This document shows positions 33,286 to 42,152 of a DNA stretch of 64,000 nucleotides, in pieces. The first letter of the stretch is position 1. The number at the start of each line of letters is the position of its first letter. This DNA is from an uncultured Acidobacteriota bacterium. GTDB lineage: Bacteria > Acidobacteriota > UBA6911. The stretch is taken from NCBI GenBank assembly GCA_963827655.1, contig CAWHCF010000034.1:64001-128000 (forward strand). The letters are read 5' to 3'. The notes under the pieces were generated by a model. The model searched no databases. It was not told where the DNA came from and saw nothing but the letters and a program-made list of their open reading frames with translations. The translations under genes and the position numbers were made by a program.

Positions 33286-34239
33286 ATGACAAAATGGAGA
33301 GTCCTTTTCTTTCTTGTGAGTCTAGTGGCATGGACCACTAGAGTTGACACACCGGTTTTTGCTCAGACACAGACAACCGATAAAAAGGCGCAAGATATGG
33401 CCGGCATCGAGAAGTTCCACCAGCAGGACATCGCCGCTACTCTGTCGCGAGATCCTATTGCCCTGACGGATTTGTGGACCGATGACGCGGTGCGCCTCAG
33501 ATTGGGCCAGTCGCCTGAGCTTGGCAAGAAAGCGATTCAAGAGAGCTACCAAAGCTGGGCCGCTGTGCCAGGCATCAAGGTGGTGAGCTACGTTCCAGAA
33601 ACCAAGGACATCACGATACTCGACGGCTGGGCGGTCGAGTGGGGCTACATCACTGGTTCGTATGTTGAGACGCCGGGTGGTGAGGTCAAGCAGATTCTTG
33701 GAACGCGGCTGATGGTCCTGAAGAAGATGCCGGACGGGAGCTGGAAATGCTTCCGGGGAATGGGGGGTCCGACGTTCACAGCGCCGTTGGCAGGGCAAGT
33801 GGTTCAGGTGCCGGCCGCGTCGGCTGCAAAAAACAGAGCGGACCGCGCTGCAGACGTCGCCGGCATCGAGAAGCTCCGCCAGCAGGACATCGCCGCTAGT
33901 TTGTCGCTAGATCATGTTGCCCTGACGGAATTGTGGACCGATGACGCGGTGCGCCTCGGCCCAGTCCCGCCCGCGGACGTCGGCAGGCAAGCTATCCGAG
34001 AGAGCAACGAACGCCTGACGGCTAACAAAGAGTTAAAGGTGTTGAGCTACGTCCCGGAAAACAAGGAAATGATTTTTCTGGATGGTGGCTGGGAAGTCGA
34101 GTGGCGTCCGTACACCTTGTCGTTTATCCCATCGCCGGGCGGTGCGCCGGTGCACCTTCGTGGCATGGTGCTCGGGGTGCAAAAGAAGCTGCCGGACGGC
34201 ACTTGGAAAGGCTACCGCGGGGCGGGGATCTTCTACTGA
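33286..34239 (+). CDS. Exported protein with tandem NTF2/SnoaL-like (DUF4440-type) domains
   Basis: Signal peptide; two internal repeats AGIEK..QQDIAA...LWTDDAVRL...KKxPDGxWK. Confidence 0.8.
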   Translation: MTKWRVLFFLVSLVAWTTRVDTPVFAQTQTTDKKAQDMAGIEKFHQQDIAATLSRDPIALTDLWTDDAVRLRLGQSPELGKKAIQESYQSWAAVPGIKVVSYVPETKDITILDGWAVEWGYITGSYVETPGGEVKQILGTRLMVLKKMPDGSWKCFRGMGGPTFTAPLAGQVVQVPAASAAKNRADRAADVAGIEKLRQQDIAASLSLDHVALTELWTDDAVRLGPVPPADVGRQAIRESNERLTANKELKVLSYVPENKEMIFLDGGWEVEWRPYTLSFIPSPGGAPVHLRGMVLGVQKKLPDGTWKGYRGAGIFY

Positions 34240-34274
34240 GTGAGTTGCACGACAGTGGAGTTGACTGACACGCC

Positions 34275-34332
34275 GCCGAACAAGGAGTTGCAGCGGACAC
34301 GCTTCGCGCGCCGCTGAACTCCAGCGTTCGGC
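34275..34332 (+). other. Integron attC recombination site
   Basis: GCCGAAC-aaGGAGTTgCAGCGG...CCGCTGAACTCC-agc-GTTCGGC; R''/R' and L''/L' boxes with an extrahelical base. Confidence 0.8.
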
Positions 34333-34365
34333 TGCTTACAAGCTGAGATGAACGTAGGAGATGTG

Positions 34366-34839
34366 ATGAGCGATACAACCACCTTAATAGCCGCCTTAGA
34401 AAATGCCCCTGGTGTTATCATTCCCCTTATTCGTGAGGTGCCGCCCCAGTTCCTGAAGCGTCGGCCCAGTCCGACGAAATGGTCCGCTCATGAACACGCT
34501 TGTCATCTCTCCGCCAGTGATGGGCCATTCCTCGCGCGCCTCGACTTGATGTTATCTGCTCCAGCGCCTTTTATAAGGTCCATCCTTAATTCTCCAGAGG
34601 TGGAATCGGGAGCGCTACTTAGCGTTGATTTAGACGAAGCACTCGACCGGTATGTGAGAGAGCGAGCCAGTCTGGTTAAGAGGCTGAAGGAACTATCGGT
34701 GGAGGACTGGCAGCGAACGGCAGAGCATGAGGCATTCAGTCATTATTCGGTATGGATCATGTTCCGGCATGTGCTGAACCACGAGATGTTTCATGCCTAC
34801 AGGATTGAAGAATTGCTGCTAAAGAAGGACTGGGAATAG
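34366..34839 (+). CDS. DinB family protein (gene cassette-like)
   Basis: KWSAHEHACHL...HVLNHEMFH; starts just after the attC site. Confidence 0.85.
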   Translation: MSDTTTLIAALENAPGVIIPLIREVPPQFLKRRPSPTKWSAHEHACHLSASDGPFLARLDLMLSAPAPFIRSILNSPEVESGALLSVDLDEALDRYVRERASLVKRLKELSVEDWQRTAEHEAFSHYSVWIMFRHVLNHEMFHAYRIEELLLKKDWE

Positions 34840-34859
34840 GTAGAAACTACAGCAGGTCG

Positions 34860-35134
34860 GTGGATAAGAGAAACAAGCGTCATTTTCAGCTCGAGTCGGG
34901 GCAACTCAGGTTCTGAGAACGGGCTTTATGTTAACTTTGCGCGATGTTCCTCGGTCCTGGATGAGTCCGACTCTGCGGATTATACGCCAGGTGCATTGGA
35001 AGCGCGAAGAACCTAGCCGTGAAATCGTGAGATTTTGCGGAAGAATCCTACCGCGAGGGAGTGCCCTAATGCCCCATTAATACCTCCAGTCGGCTTCCTC
35101 TACCGCAGGAGAGATTGGCGGAGCGCGGGAAGGC
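34860..35134 (-). mobile_element. Repeat unit copy 1 (275 bp): putative oriIS end of an IS91/ISCR-like rolling-circle element
   Basis: Identical to copies 2 and 3; contiguous with the transposase remnant at 35386-35630. Confidence 0.75.
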
Positions 35135-35385
35135 AGGCCAGCACATGGCTGCGCTTGCGGATTCAGCGCCGACTATGTATAAGCATTTCTATGTCGAGAG
35201 GGCTGGAGAAGCAAGAGAAATTCCGGCGCGGGCGAGGGCTGGTAGGTCTGTTCGGAGCAAGTTGACGGCTCCAGGTCAAGGGGAAAGGGGTTGGTTGTCA
35301 TTCACGGACACTGGGAAGGCTACGGCCGTCTGGTGGTGACCGGATTCAGGAGAGACGGGTATCCACAAGGTGTGCCGTGGTCCGG

Positions 35386-35630
35386 TTAGGTGGGCGAAGG
35401 GCTTGCCGCCGCGGGCGGAGCCCGGGGCTCAAACGGATCGCGCGCCTTGCAGGCTTCGCTCGCTAGGTGCCTCAGGATCCGGTCGACGACACGGGGTTCC
35501 GTGATGAAGGAGACGATTTTCATCTGCGCTCCGCAGGCACACAGAAGAGGGTCCACCTCGAAGATCTTACGGAGCAAGCGCGCCGAGGAAGCCCTCCGCG
35601 CGCGGTTGGAGTCGATTTCCCCCTCATCTT
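35386..35630 (-). pseudogene. C-terminal remnant of an IS91/ISCR-family (Y2 HUH) transposase
   Basis: SARLLRKIFEVDPLLCACGAQMKIVSFITEPRVVDRILRHL...RAPP matches the WARLL..(V/I)FE.DPL.C..CG..M.I..FI......IL.HL...RAPP tail typical of this family. Confidence 0.8.
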
Positions 35631-35905
35631 CCTGCTGCTGCACCCCGGACGGGCGGCAGCTCTGGTCGTTGAGCCCCGCTATCGTGACGCGCGACCGGTT
35701 TCCGAAAGCGAAGTCCGCGCACGTATCGGATCTTGAGATCCCGAGGCATTCGTCTCCCCTTGTTCAGCGGAATCCCGGCTTGGAGTGAGGGGGGCACGCC
35801 ATTCCTTGAGGGAACTGCGAAGATGGATGGCAGGCGGATCGTGAACATGTCCCCCCGAACAGTTGTTCGGACCCGAAACGCGCTCCAGCGGGAGGGCGGC
35901 GTCGT

Positions 35906-36874
35906 ATGAACTCCGTCGGAATCGCCGGCCGGCTTATCAGCGTGGTTATTCCAGTCCACAACGAAAACGATTCGTTGCAGGAATTGGCCGGGGAGCTGCT
36001 TGCCGTTGCAGCCTCGCACTCTCTTCCCCTGGAGATCGTTTTCGTCGATGACGGCAGCACGGATGGCTCCTGGAAAACGATCTGCGCGCTTGCCGCTAAG
36101 GATTCCCGTATGCGGGGGATCCGCTTCCGACGCAACTTCGGCAAAGCGGCGGCGCTGGCGGCGGGATTCCAGGACGCGCGCGGACAGGTTGTGTTCCAGA
36201 TGGATGCGGACTTGCAGGACGATCCCGCGGAACTGCCCCGCTTTCTCTCCCGCCTGCAATCGGGCGTCGACGTCGTCAACGGCTGGAAGCGAACCCGTCA
36301 CGATCCCTGGCATAGGGTCTGGTCGAGCCGGGCGTTTAACTGGATGGTCAGCCGTTTGACCGGCCTCCGGTTGCACGATCACAACTGCGGATTCAAGTGT
36401 TTCCGGGCGGACGTGGTGAAGGAACTGAAGCTTTACGGCGAGATGCATCGGTTCATTCCCGTGATCGGATTCGCGCGCGGCTACTGCGTGGAAGAGATGG
36501 AAGTGCGGCACCGGCCGCGGCGCCACGGGCGCTCCAACTACGATTTCCGCAGGATTCCCAAGGGTTTTCTTGACTTGATGACCGTGGCGTTCCTAACGGT
36601 CTTCGGACGGCGCCCCCTTCACCTCCTGGGAGGTGTCGGGTTGGTTCCCTTCTGCCTGGGAGGTCTCGGATTGACCTACCTGGCCGTACAATGGCTTCTG
36701 GCGCGGCTTGGGCTGGAAGGGTACGGTCCCATCGGCCAGCGGCCGCTGCTGCTGTATTCGGTTGCGGGGGTCCTGTCTGGCCTGCATCTCCTTTCGATCG
36801 GCTTTCTCGCCGAGTTGCTTCTCGCTCTCAACATCCGCCACGTGGACAGCTTCAGCGTTCTCGATCGGACGTAG
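35906..36874 (+). CDS. GT2 polyprenyl-phosphate glycosyltransferase (ArnC/GtrB-like)
   Basis: VIPVHNE, VDDGSTD, RNFGKAAAL, DADLQDDP, GEMHRFIP; two C-terminal TM helices. Confidence 0.9.
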   Translation: MNSVGIAGRLISVVIPVHNENDSLQELAGELLAVAASHSLPLEIVFVDDGSTDGSWKTICALAAKDSRMRGIRFRRNFGKAAALAAGFQDARGQVVFQMDADLQDDPAELPRFLSRLQSGVDVVNGWKRTRHDPWHRVWSSRAFNWMVSRLTGLRLHDHNCGFKCFRADVVKELKLYGEMHRFIPVIGFARGYCVEEMEVRHRPRRHGRSNYDFRRIPKGFLDLMTVAFLTVFGRRPLHLLGGVGLVPFCLGGLGLTYLAVQWLLARLGLEGYGPIGQRPLLLYSVAGVLSGLHLLSIGFLAELLLALNIRHVDSFSVLDRT

Positions 36875-36936
36875 GCTCAGGCTGCAGATTCCGGACATCC
36901 CTGCGCTAGCCGTTGGCGGTGCCTGGTGGACGGGCT

Positions 36937-38430
36937 TCATCGGGACGCCGGCTGAGCGAAGGCCAGGGCGGCCTGCTTTCCTTCCGTATAGAAGTACGTC
37001 GCCGTTGCGACGCGTGGCGTGACCCGGGTGAGGTCCACCTCGAAGTTTTTCGTCACGAACTCCGCCAGAGCAGGAGGCATCGCCCGGCTCCGCGATCCCT
37101 CCCAGACGACGAGGAGGGGCCGGCCCCCGGATGGAATCCCGGCCGTAAGCAGAGGCACGATCAGGTCGCTGTCGCGGAAGTAAAGCCGCAGATTCGCTCC
37201 CAGAGCCTTGTTCTCGGCGACAATCGTCCCCCCGGTGAAGCCCGCCTTCCTGATTTCCGCGGCCATGTCTGCGGCCGGATAGTGAAGCGGAAGAATAACG
37301 CCGTTTGCACCGGCCAGCGGAACGCGCGCGTGCAGAATGGTCAAGGCGAGAATCGACGAGAGGCCCGAAACAATCGCGAATCTTTTGAATGTGGGCGCGG
37401 TGACTGGTCCCTTGACGAGGCTCAGGAAATAGATGGGGACGAAAAAAAGAACCGGCTCGAGCCAACGATCCTTGAACCGGGTAGCGCCGGTGGCGACCAC
37501 AACGAGGAAGCATAATATCAGAACGACCGCCAGAGTCCTTCCCAGGATCGTCGAGAGCAGTCGAGTTTCCGGATCGGAGCCGAAAGGATCGGGCCTTTTG
37601 AAGAGCCAGTAATAACACAGGAGGAGCGGTCCCAGGAAACTCAAGAGTGCGATGAGCAAGTGCCCGATGCCCGTGGAGGCGATCGTCAGGAAGCCTTGAG
37701 AAACATCCGGATCGAGCTTTCTCACCACCTCGGAAACGTAGCCGCGATGTTGCCGCAACCAGAATCCGTGCGGGACGACGAGGATGAGGAAGCTGAAAAG
37801 GGCGGGAATCACTCTGCCGTCGAGCAACCGTTTGCGCCCTAGTGGAGTCGAAAGGCATCCAAGTCCCAGGGCCGCCGCAAATGCGGCGAAATTGTAATAG
37901 CTGAGGATGCCGAGCGCCGCTGAAAGACCGAGACCGCAGTAGTTCGCGGTCGAGGGGGTTTTGAGCAACCTAAGGGTGCACAGGAGCGTCAGCCCTGCCA
38001 TGAGCGTCGCCAGCACACTGTGTGCCTGGCTGCGCAGGGCTTCCCAGACAAAGGTCGGAATGAGGAAGAGCGAGAGCGAGGCGATGAGCGAGATGTTTTC
38101 GTCCTTGAGCACATGCTTTGCGCACCCGTACAGCGAGAGGTACACGCCGAACAGGATCAGATTTTTCAGGAGGGCGAGGGAAAAAACACTAACGCCGAAA
38201 AGCCGGAAACAGGCACTTTGCAGCCAGGGGTACAGCGGTGGCGGGGTCTTGTAGCCCCACGCCAGCTCCTGAGACACGAGCGCCATTTCCGACTCGTCAA
38301 ATCCCAGGCTGGGGGACACCGCGACGCGAAGCAGCATATTCGTCATAAAGTAGAGAGCCAGCAGCGAGAAGACGACGAGTTTGAGCCTCGCGCCGTTTGC
38401 CGCCGCGGGCCATGCCCGGGAATACTCCAT
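36937..38430 (-). CDS. ArnT/GT39-like membrane glycosyltransferase
   Basis: FDESE...WGYKTPPPLYPWLQ and many TM helices; the ORF extension upstream of 38430 lies in unrelated fragments. Confidence 0.8.
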   Translation of the reverse strand: MEYSRAWPAAANGARLKLVVFSLLALYFMTNMLLRVAVSPSLGFDESEMALVSQELAWGYKTPPPLYPWLQSACFRLFGVSVFSLALLKNLILFGVYLSLYGCAKHVLKDENISLIASLSLFLIPTFVWEALRSQAHSVLATLMAGLTLLCTLRLLKTPSTANYCGLGLSAALGILSYYNFAAFAAALGLGCLSTPLGRKRLLDGRVIPALFSFLILVVPHGFWLRQHRGYVSEVVRKLDPDVSQGFLTIASTGIGHLLIALLSFLGPLLLCYYWLFKRPDPFGSDPETRLLSTILGRTLAVVLILCFLVVVATGATRFKDRWLEPVLFFVPIYFLSLVKGPVTAPTFKRFAIVSGLSSILALTILHARVPLAGANGVILPLHYPAADMAAEIRKAGFTGGTIVAENKALGANLRLYFRDSDLIVPLLTAGIPSGGRPLLVVWEGSRSRAMPPALAEFVTKNFEVDLTRVTPRVATATYFYTEGKQAALAFAQPASR

Positions 38431-38569
38431 TGCGCGGACGAGACTATCACACGCGCAGATATCCTTGCCAATTCTGAAGCGCTTCTCGGTCCATGGCGTC
38501 CCCCCGGCGGGCACCTTGCGGTCCCGGCAGTGTCTGAGTCGAACTCGGCGGCGGGAAAAAACAGCCTCA

Positions 38570-39270
38570 TCAAGCCTTGGCGAGGGGCTGACGGCTGCGC
38601 CGCAGGAAATCGCGCTCGGTCGTGTTCTCGGTGCGGGCGATCGCCGCCTCGTAGGCCAGCACCGCCTCGGCGTTGCGGCCGAGGCGTCGAAGCAGGTCGG
38701 CGCGGGTGGCGTGGAACAGGTAGTAGTCACGGAGGTCGAGGCCGTCGACGACGGCGAGCGCCGCTTCCGGTCCGTTCACCTCAGCCACCGCCACGGCGCG
38801 GTTCAGGGCCACGGCCGGGCTCGGGGCCAGCAACAGGAGATGGTCGTATAGCTGCCACGGTCGCGCCGTGGCCGTGCTGGTCCGCCACTTCGAACCGGAG
38901 GTCATGGGCCTGCTTGCGCTCATGCTGCTCGTCGAGTCGCGCCGGGCCACGCGCACGACCCCGGACGGCGACCTCGTACTGCTGGCGGATCAGGACCGCG
39001 GCCGCTGGGATCGAGGCCTCATTGCCGAAGGCCAGGCCATCGTCCGGCAATGCCTCCGGCGCAACCAGCCCGGCCCGTACCAGATCCAGGCGGCGATCAA
39101 CGCTGTCCACAGCGACGCTCCGGCCGCGGCAGCTACAGACTGGCGGCAGATCCTGGCGGCTCCGGGGCGGAGAAGTCCTGACGACCGACGGCCCGTTCGC
39201 CGAGGGCAAAGTGCACATCGGCGGATTCTTGATCATCAAAGCGCCTGATCTCGACGCCGCGCTCGAGTGG
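38570..39270. pseudogene. Scrambled fragments of an ECF42-type sigma factor and a DGPF/YciI gene
   Basis: 38570-38854 (-) QLYDHLL...HATRADLLRRLG; 38856-38891 (+) HGRAVAVLVRHF; 38892-39155 (+) EPEVMGLLALMLL...DWRQIL; 39157-39270 (+) TDGPFAE...DLDAALEW. Confidence 0.8.
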
Positions 39271-39532
39271 GTGGATAAGAGAAACAAGCGTCATTTTCAG
39301 CTCGAGTCGGGGCAACTCAGGTTCTGAGAACGGGCTTTATGTTAACTTTGCGCGATGTTCCTCGGTCCTGGATGAGTCCGACTCTGCGGATTATACGCCA
39401 GGTGCATTGGAAGCGCGAAGAACCTAGCCGTGAAATCGTGAGATTTTGCGGAAGAATCCTACCGCGAGGGAGTGCCCTAATGCCCCATTAATACCTCCAG
39501 TCGGCTTCCTCTACCGCAGGAGAGATTGGCGG
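39271..39532 (-). mobile_element. Repeat unit copy 2 (262 bp)
   Basis: Identical to 34860-35121; preceded by a second GTGG. Confidence 0.8.
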
Positions 39533-40673
39533 CTCAAGATCTACACGACGCTCGATCCGACGATCCAAGCAGCGGCAGGAAGCCATCGTCACGGAGCTCG
39601 ACCGTCTGCAAAACGGGCGCCCCGCGCTCGAAGGCGCCGTGATCGTCACGAATCCGCACAACGCCGAAGTGCGCGCGCTGGTCGGCAGCCGCCGAATCGG
39701 CTACGACGGCTTCAACCGCGCGCTCGACGCGAAGCGGCAAGTGGGCTCGCTCATCAAACCCGTCGTCTATCTCGCGGCGCTCGAGTCGGGCCGGCATTCG
39801 CTCGCGACGCAGATCGAAGATGCGCCGATCACGATATCGCTCGACAACGGCACGGCCTGGACGCCCGCGAACTTCACGGAGGAAATGCACGGCTCGGTGA
39901 CCACCGTGCGCGCGCTTGCGGAGTCGTTCAATCTCGCAACCGTGCATCTCGGCTTGGATGTCGGACTTTCTCCGGTTGCGGACGTGCTCGGCCGACTCGG
40001 TCTCGATCGAACGCCCTCGCTGTACCCATCACTCCTCTTGGGCGCCGTCGACATGACGCCGCTCGAGGTCACGCAGATCTACAACACGCTCGCGAACGGC
40101 GGATTCCGCGTGCCCTTGCGCACCGTGCGCAGGGTCGTCGGCGGCGACGGGCAGACGTTGCAGCGCTACGCGCTCAAGATCGAGCAAGTCAGCGATCCCG
40201 TGTCCGTCTATGCGTTGAATCAGGGATTGGTCCAAGTCATGCAGCGCGGCACAGGCAAGGCGGCACGCGCACAGCTTCCCGCATCGCTAAGAACCGCGGG
40301 CAAGACCGGGACATCCGACGGGCTGCGCGACAGTTGGTTTGCAGGTTTCAGCGACGATCATTTGGTCGTCACATGGGTCGGCAACGATGCGAACGAGGTC
40401 GTCGGTCTCACGGGAGGCACGGGGGCATCGCAAATCTGGGCGCGCACGTTCGCGGAGCTCGAAGCAAGCCCTTATAGCACTCCTCCGCCCGCAGGCGCCG
40501 AAGTGGTCTGGATCGACTACAACACCGGTTTGACGACGGACGAACGGTGTCCCGACGCCGTGCTCGTCGCGATGACAGCCCCCGATGTCCCGCCGAAAGC
40601 AGTCGCATGCGGCAGCAATAGCACACGCGTCGGCTCGAGGATTCGCTCGTGGTTCCAGAACGCATTGCACTAA
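39533..40673 (+). pseudogene. mrcB: 5'-truncated class A PBP1B (transpeptidase domain only)
   Basis: LKIYTTLDP, FNRALDAKRQVGSLIKP, SFNLATV, AGKTGTSDGLRDSWFAG; begins exactly at the repeat junction. Confidence 0.85.
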
Positions 40674-41086
40674 TGAAGCTTTGGTCGTTTCTCGTAACTG
40701 CATGCGTCGTTGCGGCCGGCTGCTCGACGCTTGCGCCTGCGGACTCGGGCTCCTCGTCATCAGAGCCCGGTGCCGCCGCGCCAAATCGCGTACCGGCCCC
40801 GGACGCCGAAGATCGCGCTGCCGAGGTCCCGCAACCGAGCGCGGCGAGCGTCGCGTTGCTCGAGCGCAGTCGCAGTGAGCGCGCAGCCGGAGATTTCACC
40901 GCAGCCGCTGTCTCCGTGGAGCGCGCGCTGCGCATCGAGCCGAACAACCCGTCGCTCTGGATCGAGCTCGCCGAGATCAAGGCCGCGGAGGGCGATCGCG
41001 ATCAAGCGGAAATGATCGCACGCAAAGCCTTGACACTCGCGGGCTCCGACCGCTCGATCCGCGAGCGCGCCGACCGCCTCTTGTAG
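40673..41086 (+). CDS. TPR lipoprotein, LpoP-like PBP1B activator
   Basis: Lipobox AAGC, Pro/Ser linker, ERALRIEPNNPSLW TPR; TAATG overlap with mrcB. Confidence 0.75.
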   Translation: MKLWSFLVTACVVAAGCSTLAPADSGSSSSEPGAAAPNRVPAPDAEDRAAEVPQPSAASVALLERSRSERAAGDFTAAAVSVERALRIEPNNPSLWIELAEIKAAEGDRDQAEMIARKALTLAGSDRSIRERADRLL

Positions 41087-41120
41087 GAGCGAGCTCCGCT
41101 CGCGATTCTTGACTATGCTG

Positions 41121-42137
41121 TTATTTCGGCTCGTGCACCGTGTAGCCCAGTTCCGCCAGTGTGCGCACCAGTGACAAGCTGCCCTTGATGTACGCCACGG
41201 GCAGCATCGTGAACGTGGAGCGGTTGTGCTCGAGTGCGGATACTGCCGCGTCGAGCCAGCGTTGCCTGCTTTCCTCCAGCAATTCTTGCGCCAGCTCGCC
41301 TTCCGAACTGGTCAGCAGCAATTCGGAGCAGGGATCTTCTAGGCTGCCCGGCTGTACGAAATCTTCGATGTCGCGGGCATTGCCGGTAGCCCAGGCATTG
41401 GCCACTTCCTTTATATCATTCAGGTGACTCTCGAACAGCGTCAGTTGCGACTCGAAACAGTCGATCTCGCTTTGGAGCGGCAGGCTGTCAGTCATCTCTT
41501 CCAGACGATTGCTGAGATCGCGATAGTCGCCTTCCAGCATCCGTTCCACCTTGACGTCCGTTTTGCGGATATCCCGATTCTTGCGAATCAGCTTGTCCAC
41601 ATGGCGGGTGATGACCTCGAAGCCCGTGAGTCGCTCTTGCGCCTGGACCTCTCTCGCGATCATTGCGGCGGCGAAGGCGGGGCGCAGCATGTCGACGTCG
41701 CTGTTGTGGGGAAAATATTCGGCTTTCACGGCGGTATAACGCTGATAGATGTCTTCGGGCAGCACTTCGGCCAGCGACGCGTCATCGGGGTTTCGTTGCA
41801 GCCGCCGGTACAGGCGTGGGCCGCGAATAAGATTGATGGGGTTGAGCAACAACAGCTTTGACACGCCAACTGAAATATCGGGTTCGCCGATGGCTGCGTC
41901 CGCATCGGCAATGATCGCCGCCACTCTGTCGTCTTCCCAGATCATGTCTTTGGGCACGATAGGGACCAAAGGCAGGATCCAGAGCACATGATCACCGCTG
42001 CTCACTTTCCACAGTGGCGGACCGGGCTGCCGGCCCGTGACGACGATCTCTTCGACGTCGTGCTCTTGCGCCAGAACAGGGAACAGGGAAGGGTTGAGCA
42101 GCAAGCAGCAAAGCACGAGTCGTTTGAAGTATTTCAT
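41121..42137 (-). CDS. TraB/GumN family exported protein
   Basis: Signal peptide; VTGRQPGPPLWKVSSGDHVLWIL, ANAWATG, GYTVHEP. Confidence 0.7.
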   Translation of the reverse strand: MKYFKRLVLCCLLLNPSLFPVLAQEHDVEEIVVTGRQPGPPLWKVSSGDHVLWILPLVPIVPKDMIWEDDRVAAIIADADAAIGEPDISVGVSKLLLLNPINLIRGPRLYRRLQRNPDDASLAEVLPEDIYQRYTAVKAEYFPHNSDVDMLRPAFAAAMIAREVQAQERLTGFEVITRHVDKLIRKNRDIRKTDVKVERMLEGDYRDLSNRLEEMTDSLPLQSEIDCFESQLTLFESHLNDIKEVANAWATGNARDIEDFVQPGSLEDPCSELLLTSSEGELAQELLEESRQRWLDAAVSALEHNRSTFTMLPVAYIKGSLSLVRTLAELGYTVHEPK

Positions 42138-42152
42138 GACCTTCAGCGCCGC

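Noticed and set aside
34860-34868. TTATCCAC at the repeat end as a DnaA box or replication origin
   Set aside because: Only 8/9 match to TTATCCACA, one per copy, with no box cluster or AT-rich unwinding element; better explained as the element terminus.
34860-35134. The repeat as a group II intron or retron remnant
   Set aside because: No GTGCG 5' end, no recognisable domain V and no reverse transcriptase in the window.
35035-35265. Repeated short ORF MRKNPTARECPNAP... (also at 39446 and 47845)
   Set aside because: TTG start with no RBS, lying inside the repeat, with a different C-terminus in each copy; likely a by-product of the repeat.
38431-38730. N-terminal extension of the 597-aa ORF 36937-38730
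   Set aside because: The extension is an off-frame reading of the ECF42 fragment; the glycosyltransferase plausibly starts at 38430.
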